From Alphaproteobacteria bacterium (lineage in GTDB: Bacteria; Pseudomonadota; Alphaproteobacteria; UBA11222), in NCBI GenBank assembly GCA_009693835.1, contig SHWM01000001.1, forward strand, positions 9,571-73,570: a stretch of 64,000 nucleotides of DNA, read 5' to 3'. Below, one piece after another: positions 23,272 through 33,978 of the stretch. The position numbers and the translations under genes were made by a program. How positions within the stretch are numbered: position 1 is the first letter of the stretch; each line of letters opens with the position of its first letter. Below the pieces are notes generated by a model that was not told the origin of the DNA, searched no databases, and worked only from the letters and a program-made list of their open reading frames with translations.

Positions 23272-25140
23272 TTGACGAATAGTATGGTCGATCAAACACC
23301 GGTCCTGCCCGTGACTTTCTGGCGGCGCGCCGCAGCTCCTGCCGCAGCTCCTAAAGAACCGGCCAGGGAAGCTATCTATGCCGTTGACGCTGACGAAAAT
23401 GTTTCGGCATTTCCCGGCCCTGCCATTCTGTTTGGGTCAGACGGCGCACTCCTATCCGCCAATGGCGGGGCGGAGCGGCTGGTCAGGGCGATAGCGGTGG
23501 GGGAAGCGGCGGATGTCAGGACACTGCTCGCCAGCGTGGCCGCGACCGACCGGCCCGCAATGGGCCAGATATTTTTGCCAGCGGACCCGGCGGCCGGTGA
23601 AGAGCAGGCGCTGTTTTATTTAACGGCTCTCGCAATCGAACAAAAAGGTTTGCCAAAGGACTTTCCCCAGTCTGGCGCGCGCCGTGTGATGCTGCTGGGG
23701 CGCGATGGCAGTGCGGAATACGCCATGCGGAACGCCCTCATTGCCTCGCGTGAACTGTATCGTGACCTGTCGCGCTGCTCATCGGATTTCCGGTGGCAGA
23801 CAGATGAGAACGGCGCCTTTACTTTTGTCAGCCCAAAAGGTGCGCTGAGCTACAGCGCTCAGGCGCTAAACGGCCGCCGCAGTCACGACCTGTTTGATAA
23901 AGGCGTAAAATCACCGCAGGAAAATCCGTTCGTCAGCAGAGCGTCAGTAGAGGCCGTGGAAATCATTCTGCGAGACGCGAATGGCGAGGTCCGTCATTGC
24001 CGTGTCGATGCGCTGCCGGTGTACGACAAACTGAATCAGTGGCGCGGAGCGCGTGGCGTCAGCACGGACATCACCGATGCCCGGCGGCAGCAACAGGCGC
24101 TGGAGTTCCTGCAAAAGCGCGAGATGCAGGCACGGGAGATTGTGGAAGCGGCCAATAAAAGTCTTGATCCGGTTCAGGCCTTCAATGAGGCAGCCATACT
24201 TCTGGCGCACGCCACCGGGGCAGCGCGCTGTAAAATTCTGAGTCTGGACAACAAGAAAAGACTGCGGATTCTGGGTGTCTCAGAAACGGCGGGCCACCAG
24301 GACTATCAGCCTGTCCTGACACGCATTGAGCTAGAGCTTCACGAGATGCAATACGGTCAGGATTGCGACCCCATAATTTTCCAGGAAGATGGGCAAACGC
24401 ACCAGATTACCATCACCATGCATGCCGGCGCGCCCAATGCCGTCATCTGGCTGCAAAACCCGGAAACCGAAAATACGCCGCCGCCAGAGGACGCTCCCTC
24501 ACAGGCTGGCCAGCGTTCGCTCGCGCAGACGGTGGCCGGAAATATTGGCGTAGCCATCGCGCATGACAATCAGATGCGCCGCCTTGCGGAACTCTCCCGG
24601 ACGGATGAGTTGACCGGGCTGATGAACCGGCGGGCCTTCATGGAGGACCTGCACCATCGGCACGGGCATCTGTATCGCATCTCGCGTACGGGCGCGCTGC
24701 TTTACATTGACCTGGATAATTTCAAACCCGTCAATGACCAGTACGGCCATGAGGCGGGGGACAGGGTCCTGAAAGCGTTCGCCAATATCCTCATGGGGCA
24801 GAGCCGGATTGGGGATCTTTGCGCGCGGCTGGGCGGCGATGAATTCGCCATCTGGCTGGAGGATACCGACGCGGGCGGGGCAGAGGTAAAAGCGCGCCAT
24901 TTGATAAATGAATCCAGAGATCTGTGCCGGCTGGCGGGCATAGCGCCCCGGCCGGATGCGCCAATCCTGGGGCTTTCCGTGGGCGTCGCCGTCGCCGACC
25001 CGGGTTTCCCGGAACAGTTGCAGCAGCTTATCAAACGGGCGGACGAAGTGATGTATCAGGTCAAGCGGAGCGGAAAGGGATCCATGATCGTCTCTCAGGG
25101 GCCGCTTGAAGCTGGCGCTGCGGGACACGGACGGGAATGA
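23272..25140 (+). CDS. Sensor diguanylate cyclase (PAS/GAF-like N-terminal region plus GGDEF)
   Basis: The C-terminal GGDEF domain contains RLGGDEF (an intact A-site), DELTGLMNRRAF and LYIDLDNFKPVNDQYGHEAGD. Confidence 0.85.
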   Translation: MTNSMVDQTPVLPVTFWRRAAAPAAAPKEPAREAIYAVDADENVSAFPGPAILFGSDGALLSANGGAERLVRAIAVGEAADVRTLLASVAATDRPAMGQIFLPADPAAGEEQALFYLTALAIEQKGLPKDFPQSGARRVMLLGRDGSAEYAMRNALIASRELYRDLSRCSSDFRWQTDENGAFTFVSPKGALSYSAQALNGRRSHDLFDKGVKSPQENPFVSRASVEAVEIILRDANGEVRHCRVDALPVYDKLNQWRGARGVSTDITDARRQQQALEFLQKREMQAREIVEAANKSLDPVQAFNEAAILLAHATGAARCKILSLDNKKRLRILGVSETAGHQDYQPVLTRIELELHEMQYGQDCDPIIFQEDGQTHQITITMHAGAPNAVIWLQNPETENTPPPEDAPSQAGQRSLAQTVAGNIGVAIAHDNQMRRLAELSRTDELTGLMNRRAFMEDLHHRHGHLYRISRTGALLYIDLDNFKPVNDQYGHEAGDRVLKAFANILMGQSRIGDLCARLGGDEFAIWLEDTDAGGAEVKARHLINESRDLCRLAGIAPRPDAPILGLSVGVAVADPGFPEQLQQLIKRADEVMYQVKRSGKGSMIVSQGPLEAGAAGHGRE

Positions 25141-25144
25141 TGCG

Positions 25145-26263
25145 ATGCTGAAAAAATTACTGAGCCGGCTTCCGTTTAGCAGGAAACTGCCGCAAAATCT
25201 TGAATATGAAACCGCGCGCGCGGCGCTGGAGAAAAATCATCTGGCGCAACGCACGGAGCTTGCGGGCCGGGCCGATTCCCCTCCTGAGATGCTTTACTAT
25301 CTGGCTGGTGATGAGTCGCCGAAAGTGCGCCGGAAGGTGGCGATAAATCCGCGAACGCCGATCCACGCGGATGAACTGCTTACCGGGGACCGGGACGATG
25401 AGGTGCGCTGCGAACTGGCGCGCAAAATCGCCCGCCTTATTCCGGGGCTTCCCGATGACGCCCAGGTAAAGCTTCGCGAACGGATGGAAACGATACTGGA
25501 AAAGCTGGCGGCGGATCACCTGCCCCGGGTGCGCCAGATCGTGGCCGAGGAAATTAGACATTCGGATAATGTTCCAAAGAGAATTGCGCTGCGCCTGGCG
25601 AAAGATCTGGAAGCGGTGGTGCGCGCGCCCATTCTGGAATACTCGCCGCTATTGTCCGATGATGATCTTTTACAGATCATCGCCAGCGGAATTGTCGATG
25701 GGGCGACGGCGCCGATCGCCAGACGCCGCGAGGTCAGCGAGCCCGTGTCCGACGCCATTGTCGCCACATTGGACGTATCGGCAGTGGCGGCGCTGCTCGC
25801 AAACCGAAACGCCCAGATCCGCGAAGAAACGCTCGATACCATTATCGAGCAGGCCGAAGACATTCACCAATGGCACAGGCCCATCGTGATGCGTCCTGAA
25901 CTGCCGTTGCGCGCCGTGCGCCGGGTGGCTGGGTTTGTCGCCTCCTCGCTGTTGACAATTCTGCTTGAGCGAAAGGATATTGATCTCGATGCGGAGACAT
26001 CCGACATGCTGAGAAAAGCCATCCGGGAGCGCATTAATGTTGAAGATAGTTTTGGGCAGCCGGATGAACTGGCGTTGGGGCTCAACGCGCGCCAGGCTCA
26101 CGAGCAGGGTCAACTAAACGACGCCAGCATTTCGGCTGCGGCGACGGCCCATCGCAGCGACTATGTTATTGAAGGGCTGGGCCTGAGAGCCGGAATTCCG
26201 GAGCGGATCGTCCGGCGCATCATAGACGCAAGAAGCGGCAAGGCGATCACCGCTCTGGTATGA
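25145..26263 (+). CDS. DUF2336 domain-containing protein
   Basis: A ~370-aa alpha-helical repeat protein. The ORF runs from 25106 with a probable start at MLKKLLSRLP. It is adjacent to and co-directional with the GGDEF gene. Confidence 0.65.
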   Translation: MLKKLLSRLPFSRKLPQNLEYETARAALEKNHLAQRTELAGRADSPPEMLYYLAGDESPKVRRKVAINPRTPIHADELLTGDRDDEVRCELARKIARLIPGLPDDAQVKLRERMETILEKLAADHLPRVRQIVAEEIRHSDNVPKRIALRLAKDLEAVVRAPILEYSPLLSDDDLLQIIASGIVDGATAPIARRREVSEPVSDAIVATLDVSAVAALLANRNAQIREETLDTIIEQAEDIHQWHRPIVMRPELPLRAVRRVAGFVASSLLTILLERKDIDLDAETSDMLRKAIRERINVEDSFGQPDELALGLNARQAHEQGQLNDASISAAATAHRSDYVIEGLGLRAGIPERIVRRIIDARSGKAITALV

Positions 26264-26552
26264 AAGGCGGGATTATCGATGCGCACGGCGCTTGAGGTGC
26301 AGAAAACCATTGGCCGGGTGGCTCGCCCCGATCTGGTGCTCGCCCGTAACGGGGTGGACTATCCCATGGATGAGGACGAGCTGCGCTGGCACCTGCAATA
26401 TTTTGACGTGCCCTTATAGATTTCCAGCGTCCGGAGCGGTCCATCAGGCGGTTTGACCGTCCTGAACAAGCGATCTCGTCAATCGCGTGATAGCAATTGA
26501 TTGAATGTGGCACTTGACGCATCATCGCTTCATAACTGCTCAAAATGAGGCG

Positions 26553-27350
26553 ATGGAAAATATGGATATCAGGGGCAAGGTTGCCATTATTACGGGTTCT
26601 GCAATGGGGCTTGGCGCGGCTGTGGCTGTCAAGCTGGCGGAGCGGGGCGTCAATGTGGTGATAAATTATTCCAAAAGTGAAAAAGAGGCGCGTGAAACAG
26701 CCGCGGAATGCGCGGCGCTGGGTGTCGAAACCCTGCTAGTCAAAGCCAATATTGCGGAAGATAGCGATTGCCGCCGTCTGGCCAGGGAAACGCTGGATAA
26801 ATGGGGCCGCATTGACATGCTGGTGAACAATGCGGGCACTTCGGTGTTTGCCGACCACCGTGATCTGGAGGCGCTGACGGGGGATGATTTTCATTATATC
26901 TATGGGCTGAACGTCATTGGCCCATATCAGATGACGCGGGCGGTCGCACCCGCGATGAAAGCGGCGGGGAAGGGCGCCATCGTGAACGTCTCCTCGATTG
27001 CGGCCGTAATGGGCATAGGCAGCTCCATCGCCTATGCGGCCTCAAAAGGCGCGCTGAACACCATGACCCTGTCGCTCGCGCGCGCGCTGGCGCCCGAAAT
27101 TCGTGTCAATGCGGTGTGCCCGGGCTTTATCGGCACACGCTGGTTTTCCGATCGTCTCGATGCGGATTCCTATCAGGGCATGGTGGAGTCGCAACGCAAG
27201 ATCACACCGCTGAAGCGGGCCGGGACACCCGAGGATATTGCGGATTCCGTCGTGTTCTTCTGCGCGGAGGGTGCGGAACATATTACCGGCGAAACCCTTA
27301 TTACGGACGCCGGCATGCATCTGAACATGGCGCCGCTAACCGCACGCTAA
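26553..27350 (+). CDS. SDR-family oxidoreductase (3-oxoacyl-ACP reductase-like)
   Basis: The Rossmann motif GKVAIITGSAMGLGAAVA, NNAG and the catalytic YxxxK (YAASKGAL) are present. The ORF runs 26505..27350 with a probable start at MENMDIRGK. Confidence 0.85.
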   Translation: MENMDIRGKVAIITGSAMGLGAAVAVKLAERGVNVVINYSKSEKEARETAAECAALGVETLLVKANIAEDSDCRRLARETLDKWGRIDMLVNNAGTSVFADHRDLEALTGDDFHYIYGLNVIGPYQMTRAVAPAMKAAGKGAIVNVSSIAAVMGIGSSIAYAASKGALNTMTLSLARALAPEIRVNAVCPGFIGTRWFSDRLDADSYQGMVESQRKITPLKRAGTPEDIADSVVFFCAEGAEHITGETLITDAGMHLNMAPLTAR

Positions 27351-27363
27351 CGGAGGTAATCCC

Positions 27364-28599
27364 ATGAGGCTAGAGACGCTGAAGGCGGAAGTTTCCAGGG
27401 GCATAGACGCCATGCGCGGGCAGCTTCTTGAAATATCGCACAGCATCCATGCCCATCCGGAACTGGCTTTCAAGGAACATCACGCGCATGCGTTGTTGAC
27501 CGGGGCCGTCCGCGAGGCGGGACTAAAGGTCACGCCGGGCGCCTATGATCTGGAGACCGCGTTCGAGGCGGAGTTTGGCGCGGACACGGGTCCTCGAGTG
27601 GCCTTGCTGGCGGAATATGACGCGCTGCCGGGCATCGGCCATTCGTGCGGGCATAATCTGATTGCGACGTCCGCGCTGGGGGCGGCGCTGGCGCTGCATG
27701 GCGTTTCGGCCAGGCTGCCGGGGCGGGTGAGACTACTCGGGACGCCGGCCGAGGAAAGCGGCGGCGGCAAGGAACTGATGGCGCGCCGGGGCGCGTTCGG
27801 GGATGTGGATGCGGCTATGATGATGCATCCTGCTGGCGTCAATCTCGCCACCATGCCGTCCATTGCATGGTCGGAAGTGAGGGTTTCCTATCGTGGCGTT
27901 TCCTCGCACGCCTCGGCCATGCCGGAACGCGGCGTCAATGCGCTTGACGCCCTGATCACAGCCTATAATTCCATTGCGATGTTGCGCCAGCACATCCGTT
28001 CAAGCGAACGCATTCATGGCATTATCCTGAATGGCGGGGATGCGCCGAATATCGTGCCGGAATTCGCCAGCGGCCATTTTTATGTACGGGCCAGGGACAT
28101 GAAGGATCTGGCTGTGCTGCGGCCCCGCGTCCTGGCCTGTTTCGAGGCTGGCGCACGCGCAGCCGGCGCCGCATTGACCGTTGAGTGGAGCGACGTGGAT
28201 TATCTGGAACTGCGGACCAACTGGCCGATTGCGACCCGTTTCCAGAAGAACGCGGAGGCGCTGGGACGGATTTTCACGCCTATCGAAAAAATACCGCCCA
28301 GCGTGAGAGGCAGTACGGATATGGGCAATGTCAGCCATCTGACGCCATCCATTCATCCCATGCTGGCCTGCGCGCCCCCGCATGTGTCGATCCATAATCC
28401 GGAATTCGCCAGATATGCGGGCAGCGCGAGCGGTGATGATGCGGCCATTGACGGGGCCAAGGCCCTGGCGTTGACGGCGCTGGATTACCTGTTTGACGCC
28501 AGCCTCCGGGATGAGGCGCGGCAGGCGTTTGAAAAAGCCAAACACATCAGCGCCATTGAGAACAGCCAGGCCGAAGGCACCCGGGCAGCCTGGCAATAA
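27364..28599 (+). CDS. M20D-family amidohydrolase (N-acyl-amino-acid amidohydrolase/hippuricase-like)
   Basis: A 411-aa ORF with the HSCGHN metal-binding motif, GTPAEE and the ISHSIHAHPELAFKE N-terminus typical of M20D. Confidence 0.85.
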   Translation: MRLETLKAEVSRGIDAMRGQLLEISHSIHAHPELAFKEHHAHALLTGAVREAGLKVTPGAYDLETAFEAEFGADTGPRVALLAEYDALPGIGHSCGHNLIATSALGAALALHGVSARLPGRVRLLGTPAEESGGGKELMARRGAFGDVDAAMMMHPAGVNLATMPSIAWSEVRVSYRGVSSHASAMPERGVNALDALITAYNSIAMLRQHIRSSERIHGIILNGGDAPNIVPEFASGHFYVRARDMKDLAVLRPRVLACFEAGARAAGAALTVEWSDVDYLELRTNWPIATRFQKNAEALGRIFTPIEKIPPSVRGSTDMGNVSHLTPSIHPMLACAPPHVSIHNPEFARYAGSASGDDAAIDGAKALALTALDYLFDASLRDEARQAFEKAKHISAIENSQAEGTRAAWQ

Positions 28600-28643
28600 A
28601 GCGTGTACCATTTAATCATCTGTCTATTGATTTTAACCGTTTT

Positions 28644-30021
28644 CAACTTCCCGGTTTTGGCATTGATTCAATAGTACCGTCATATTTGCGCAGCCGCGCC
28701 TCTTCGCGATTTTCGTATTCCTTGTTAAGGCGCATATCGACAGAACCGAAGATTGGGTCAATCCGCCCCACGAATTTATTATTGCGCACATCAATTTTGC
28801 CGAGAATGTTGCTATTTTTGCTGAACAGTCAACGGCAGCAGCGATTGGCGTCGTCATAGATGATCCAGTTGTTTTCAACTGTAATCTCATGCGCCCCGCC
28901 GGGCACGATGCGGCTGGACTCGCCGGCATAGGCTATAAAATTATGGTTCTGCGTATTGGGTCCAAGTTGCAGCACGCTGCTTTTGACTGTAAGTTTTCCA
29001 CCTCCATAGGCGTCGATGGCTGTACCGCCATTGCCTTCCAGTGCGGCAAGAACACTATTCTCGACTAGGATGGATCTGGCGCCGGTCTTCAATAGATGGC
29101 CATCATTTGAAGCCAGAATTTTTACGTTGCGCAGGATTGCATTGGTGCCGCCATTTATATACATGCCGTGCGCCCTGCCCCCTTGCCATGACCCGAAAAC
29201 AGCGAATCCTCGATGGTCATCACGCCGTCTTCCTTGGCCACGCCACCCAATAGCCCATTCTCGCTGTTGAGGCAGATAACGTCCCTGATCAAAATTTTCC
29301 GGCTAGGAGGCTCTATGCGCAAACAGGCCCCATTGTGGTCCGGCACCGTTATCTCACTGATTTACAGTCCTGTGATGGTGACATCCGGGGCGGCTACAAC
29401 GACAGCCCCCTTGCCCTTGCAGGCAATTTTTTTCAGATGGGCGCGGCTTCCATCCGCACCAATCTTTCCCACCAGTTTCATCGACTTCTTTATCAATGCG
29501 CAGTCAAAATAATCGCCCGGTTCGACAGTGAGAGTGCCCCCTTCGGCAACCAGCGCAATGGCGTCGGCTAATTTACTGGCATCGCATCCGGCCGCACACA
29601 TGGATACATTCATGCTGAGGCTGCCGGAGGCGCGGCCCCGCGATTTGGGCTCCGGCTTATTGGGTTCTGACTCAACGGGCTCCGAATCGGCAGAGGAGGA
29701 AACAGGTCCGGTAATTTTTCCGGACGGCGCCGTACGCGCCTCCAGAACCCGGATGCGGGACTTCGTGTCGACCATGTCTTTTTCCAGTGCGCCAATGCGC
29801 GACACGATCATCTCCAGCGCCTTGTTGAGATTGTTCCGCAATTCGGTGAGGTCGGCTTCGCTGGCCATCCTGGCGCTATTCATGCCCATCTGTTCTTTTA
29901 TCCGCGCCGAACGGTCCTGGCCGTCTGACTGCGCGAGGGCCATGCCGCAAGACACGTGCATCAACCAGACGGAAAATAAAACTGTGATGGCGAATAGCGG
30001 CCGGCGTCGCAACAATTTCAC
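28644..30021 (-). pseudogene. Secreted right-handed parallel beta-helix (pectin-lyase-fold) protein, interrupted by 2 frameshifts and an in-frame TGA
   Basis: Three pieces cover the gene. 29362..30021 holds a signal peptide, a coiled-coil and the start of the beta-helix. 29155..29346 and 28829..29164 hold beta-helix repeats (NGLLGGVAKEDG; ILVENSVLAALEGNGGTAIDAY). After a TGA at ~28829 the same frame stays open for 61 further protein-like codons (LFSKNSNILGKIDVRNNKFVGRID...). Coordinates are good to about 1 nt. Confidence 0.55.
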
Positions 30022-30038
30022 AATAATATTCCTGTCTG

Positions 30039-31211
30039 TTATGCGGTCTCTTCAAACAATTCGCGCCCGATCAGCCAGCGGCGTATTTCGCTGGTGCCTG
30101 CGCCGATCTCGTACAGTTTCGCGTCCCGCAAAAGCCGTCCTGTTGGATAGTCGTTGATGTATCCATTGCCGCCAAGAATCTGGATTGCCTCCAGCGCCAT
30201 CCAGGTGGCCTTTTCGGCCGCATAGAGAATGGCGCCCGCCGCATCCTTGCGTGTTGGGCCGCCACGGTCACAGGCTTTGGCGACGGCGTACACATAGGCG
30301 CGGGTGGCGTTCATGGTGGTGTACATGTCCGCCAGTTTGCCCTGCATCAGCTGGAAGGTGCCAATGGGCTGGCCGAACTGCTTGCGTTCGTGCACATAAG
30401 GGATGGCTACATCCATGCAGGCCTGCATGATGCCAAGCGAACCGGCCGCCAGCACGGTGCGTTCATAATCCAGACCGCTCATCAGAATATTGACGCCCTT
30501 GCCCTCGCCGCCCATGACATTTTCCTCCGGGACCTCGCAATCCTGAAAGATCAGCTCACAGGTGCCGGAGCCGCGCATCCCCAGCTTGTCGAGCTTGGGC
30601 CCAGTGGAAAAACCCTTGAAGCCGCGCTCAATGAGAAAGGCCGTGATGCCGCGCGGGCCGGCCTTGGGATCGGTCTTGGCGTACACTACGAGCACGTCTG
30701 CGTTGGGCGCATTGGTGATCCAGAATTTGTTGCCATTGAGAACATAGCGGTCGCCGCGTTTGTCGGCGCGCAGTTTCATCGACACCACATCCGACCCGGC
30801 TTCGGTTTCGCTCATGGCCAGTGAGCCGACATGCGCCCCGCTGATCAGCGCGGGAAGATATTTGCGTTTTTGTTCATCGCTGCCCATACGGCGTATCTGG
30901 TTAACGCAGAGATTTGAATGCGCCCCGTAGGACAGGCCCACGCTAGCCGAACCCCGGCTGATTTCTTCCATCGCCACGACATGATGCAGATAGCCCATGC
31001 CCGTGCCGCCATATTCTTCCTCGACTGTAATGCCCAGCAGCCCCATCTCGCCGAGACGCGGCCATAGATCACGCGGGAATTCATTGCTGCGGTCTATTTC
31101 TGCGGCGCGCGGGGTGATGGCGCTGGCGGTGAAGGCTGATACGCTGTCGCGCAGCATGTCAGCGGTTTCGCCAAGATCGAAATCAAACGGCGGCAGGCGG
31201 TTCAAGAGCAT
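30039..31211 (-). CDS. ivd: Isovaleryl-CoA dehydrogenase (acyl-CoA dehydrogenase family)
   Basis: A 390-aa ORF with conserved ACAD N, M and C domains ([52 protein letters not shown]) and the closest pattern to IVD. Confidence 0.88.
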   Translation of the reverse strand: MLLNRLPPFDFDLGETADMLRDSVSAFTASAITPRAAEIDRSNEFPRDLWPRLGEMGLLGITVEEEYGGTGMGYLHHVVAMEEISRGSASVGLSYGAHSNLCVNQIRRMGSDEQKRKYLPALISGAHVGSLAMSETEAGSDVVSMKLRADKRGDRYVLNGNKFWITNAPNADVLVVYAKTDPKAGPRGITAFLIERGFKGFSTGPKLDKLGMRGSGTCELIFQDCEVPEENVMGGEGKGVNILMSGLDYERTVLAAGSLGIMQACMDVAIPYVHERKQFGQPIGTFQLMQGKLADMYTTMNATRAYVYAVAKACDRGGPTRKDAAGAILYAAEKATWMALEAIQILGGNGYINDYPTGRLLRDAKLYEIGAGTSEIRRWLIGRELFEETA

Positions 31212-31241
31212 GGGGTCATCCTGTGCGGCTTATGGCGCGGG

Positions 31242-32651
31242 CTACAGCAATAATATGCTCGCCAGCCCGAGAAACGAAAAAAAGCCTACCACATCGGTGA
31301 CTGTGGTGACCATAACCCCCGACGCCATGGCCGGATCGATCTTCAGCCGCTCCAGCGCCAGGGGCGTCAGCACGCCCGCGATGCCCGCGGCCAGCAGATT
31401 GATCAGCATCGCCGCCGCCAGAACCAGCCCTATCGCGGTGCTATGAAACCAGTAGCCTCCTATAGCCCCCATGATCAGCGAGAATAATACCCCGTTAAAG
31501 CCCGCTACAAAGACCTCGCGGAAGACGATCTGGACTGCATTTGTGGGGTTCATCTCCCTGGTGGCGATGGCGCGCACGGCAACGGTCAGGGTTTGTGTGC
31601 CCGCATTGCCGCCCATGCTGGCGACGATGGGCATCAGCACAGCCAGAGCAACGATTTTTTCAATCGCGGCCTCGAACTGGGCGATGACCAGTGACGCCAG
31701 TATGGCCGTGAGCAGATTGACCAACAGCCAGGGAAACCGGCGGCCGGTGGTGACAATCACGGAATCGGTGGGATCAGTTTCCGACACGCCGCCCAGCCGC
31801 AGAATGTCCTCCTCGGCTTCCTCGCCGATCACATCCACCACGTCGTCTACCGTTATGACACCGACCAGACGTTCGTCCTCGTCCACTACGGCAGCCGAAA
31901 TCAAGCCATATTGATTAAACAGGTAAGCGACTTCTTCCTGGTCCATCGTCACTGGGATCAGCGTCTGCTCGCGTTCCATGATGTCGCCCATGGCGACGTG
32001 GCGGCGCGTGCGGGCAACCCGGCTCAGGGACACCGTGCCGACGATATGAAAGGACGGGTCGACGATAAATATTTCATAAAAATCGTCCGGCAGATCGTCA
32101 ACCGAGCGCATATAGTCGATGGTGTGCCCGACCGTCCAGTAATGGGGGACCGCCACCAGCTCGGAACGCATCAGGCGTCCCGCGGTATCCTCCGGGTAGC
32201 TGAGGCCCTTTTCAACGGGCGAGCGTTCCATGCGGGGCAGAAGGTTGAGCACCTCGGCTTTGCGGGTTTCGCTGAGATTTTCCAGAAGATATACGGAATC
32301 GTCTGTTTCCAGCGCCGCCACGGCTGCGGCCAGCGCCTCGCTGGACATGGCCGCGACAACCTTGTCGCGCAGATGCTCGTCCAGTTCCGGCAGCACTTCG
32401 GGGTCTAGCTGGGGACCAATCAGGTCCAGCAGTTTGCGCCGTTGCTTGCTGCGCAAGAGGCCCAGCAGATCACCCATATCGGCCGCATGCAAGGGTTCAA
32501 CCAGATCCAGTATTGCGCTTTTGTCGCCCGCCTTAATGGCGTCCAGAAGGGCCTCGATGAGGGCTGGAGTCAGCGCATGATGCGGCTCGCCGCCAAGAGG
32601 GGCGGGCGTTTCATGATCCGTTTTCTGTTCCGCTGAGGCCGTTTCCTGCAC
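31242..32651 (-). CDS. mgtE: Magnesium transporter MgtE
   Basis: The MgtE N-domain, a CBS pair and the C-terminal MgtE TM domain (GNAGTQTLTVAVRAIATRE) are all present. Confidence 0.9.
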   Translation of the reverse strand: MQETASAEQKTDHETPAPLGGEPHHALTPALIEALLDAIKAGDKSAILDLVEPLHAADMGDLLGLLRSKQRRKLLDLIGPQLDPEVLPELDEHLRDKVVAAMSSEALAAAVAALETDDSVYLLENLSETRKAEVLNLLPRMERSPVEKGLSYPEDTAGRLMRSELVAVPHYWTVGHTIDYMRSVDDLPDDFYEIFIVDPSFHIVGTVSLSRVARTRRHVAMGDIMEREQTLIPVTMDQEEVAYLFNQYGLISAAVVDEDERLVGVITVDDVVDVIGEEAEEDILRLGGVSETDPTDSVIVTTGRRFPWLLVNLLTAILASLVIAQFEAAIEKIVALAVLMPIVASMGGNAGTQTLTVAVRAIATREMNPTNAVQIVFREVFVAGFNGVLFSLIMGAIGGYWFHSTAIGLVLAAAMLINLLAAGIAGVLTPLALERLKIDPAMASGVMVTTVTDVVGFFSFLGLASILLL

Positions 32652-32903
32652 CAGCCGCTCTCCAAAAAAATTAACTGTTTACGGTCATCCCTGTCAGCCA
32701 TTCGACGCGCATTGCTAGCGCGCGTCAATCCCACCCGCTTGTATACCCTTAGGGTTAAAGCTTTGAGGACAGCCGTTGAGACAAGGCAGGCCAATGCAGG
32801 GCGGACTATTTTTTGGCGCTGCGTTCCCCCGTGCTCAAAAGGCATGATGCCCCCCAATTCACTTCCGTCTGGCAATTTCAGACAAAGGGTGAAGAACGTA
32901 GCC

Positions 32904-32990
32904 TGGTGCGGTCGAGAAGACTCGAACTTCCACGGGTTTTACCCCACAGCGACCTCAACGCTGCGCGTCTACCAATTCCGCCACGACCGC
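32904..32990 (-). tRNA. tRNA-Leu (anticodon GAG), 87 nt with long variable arm and encoded CCA
   Basis: The reverse complement reads GCGGTCGTGGCGGAATTGGTAGACGCGCAGCGTTGAGGTCGCTGTGGGGTAAAACCCGTGGAAGTTCGAGTCTTCTCGACCGCACCA. It folds as a cloverleaf with anticodon loop TTGAGGT, a GTTCGAGTC T-loop and a 7-bp acceptor stem. Confidence 0.85.
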
Positions 32991-33051
32991 ATTGCGGGGG
33001 GAGTAGCAAATCGCAGCCCGTTTAACAAGCCGCATCTGTTATGGCTCTTGT

Positions 33052-33780
33052 TTAGATGCCGCCGCCGTCTATGAAGCTGTCCACATGGATGCCACATTCG
33101 GTTTTATCCTGGCCGCGCCACCGGCCGGCGCGGGGGTCTTCACCCGCCTGAACGCGTGACGTGCAGGACATGCATCCGATCGATAGATACCCATCCCGCA
33201 CCAATGGATGGGCGGGCAGATGATGCTCAATCATGTAGCTATCCAGATCGGCCTGTGTCCAGTCCGCAAGGGGATTGATGCGGTATCGCGTTCCCACCAA
33301 TTCTACGGCGTCCATTTCCGCCCGGCTATCGGTCTGGAAACGCTTGCGGCCCGTGATCCAGGCGTCAAACCCCTCCATGGCGCGGGACAGCGGGATAGTC
33401 TTGCGAAAATTGCAGCAGGCGTCAGGGTCCTTTGACCATAAGACGCCCTCCGGGTCGAGCGCGCCCCGATCGCCTGGATGGGGGCCAATGGCGCGTAAAT
33501 CCGTCAGGCCAAGCATTTCCTGTAACCGGTCGCGATAACGCAGGGTTTCTCCAAACAGTTTCCCGGTATTCAGAAACAGGACGGGCGTCGAAGGATCTAT
33601 CATCGCCACAAGATGCAGCAAGACAGCAGATTCCGCGCCAAAGGACGAAACAACCGCAATCCGGCCTTGAAAGTCATGCTGGATCATTGCGCGCAGCAAT
33701 TCGGGCGCTTTTGACTGGGCATAATCTTGCTGGAGCAAACCGAGGCGTGGGTTTTCTTTCAAGACAGCAGATTGGACCAT
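33052..33780 (-). CDS. cysH: Phosphoadenylyl-sulfate (PAPS/APS) reductase, thioredoxin-dependent
   Basis: The PAPS_reduct fold is present with the ECGIH catalytic Cys motif. The CC...CxxC cysteines (CCNFRK; SIGCMSCTS) are typical of Fe-S-containing assimilatory APS/PAPS reductases. Confidence 0.88.
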   Translation of the reverse strand: MVQSAVLKENPRLGLLQQDYAQSKAPELLRAMIQHDFQGRIAVVSSFGAESAVLLHLVAMIDPSTPVLFLNTGKLFGETLRYRDRLQEMLGLTDLRAIGPHPGDRGALDPEGVLWSKDPDACCNFRKTIPLSRAMEGFDAWITGRKRFQTDSRAEMDAVELVGTRYRINPLADWTQADLDSYMIEHHLPAHPLVRDGYLSIGCMSCTSRVQAGEDPRAGRWRGQDKTECGIHVDSFIDGGGI

Positions 33781-33978
33781 GATTATTATACACTTTATTA
33801 AGTGTTATAAATTATATCTCATATTTATATAGTGTAATATAAATTAATGTCAATTTTTTTGCGTTAAATAATGTAATATCCGAAACAATTGGTGAAATTT
33901 GCCGGGCAAGCAAACTGTTCGCGGGTATATCAAAATGGCTACCAGCCGGGACGCTGCCTAAGCCGGAATTGACAGGAT

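Noticed and set aside
26279-26420. A small 47-aa ORF (MRTALEVQKTIGRVARPDLVLARNGVDYPMDEDELRWHLQYFDVPL) between the DUF2336 gene and the SDR gene
   Set aside because: It is plausibly a real small protein, but it is below any length where composition alone is convincing and it has no recognisable motif. It was left unannotated.
28829-28831. TGA recoding (Sec or Trp) as an explanation for the in-frame TGA
   Set aside because: No selenoprotein family, SECIS-like hairpin or selB/selA context is present. The high-GC alphaproteobacterial background uses standard code 11, and a TAG (60265) also interrupts a gene, so nonsense mutation is more parsimonious.
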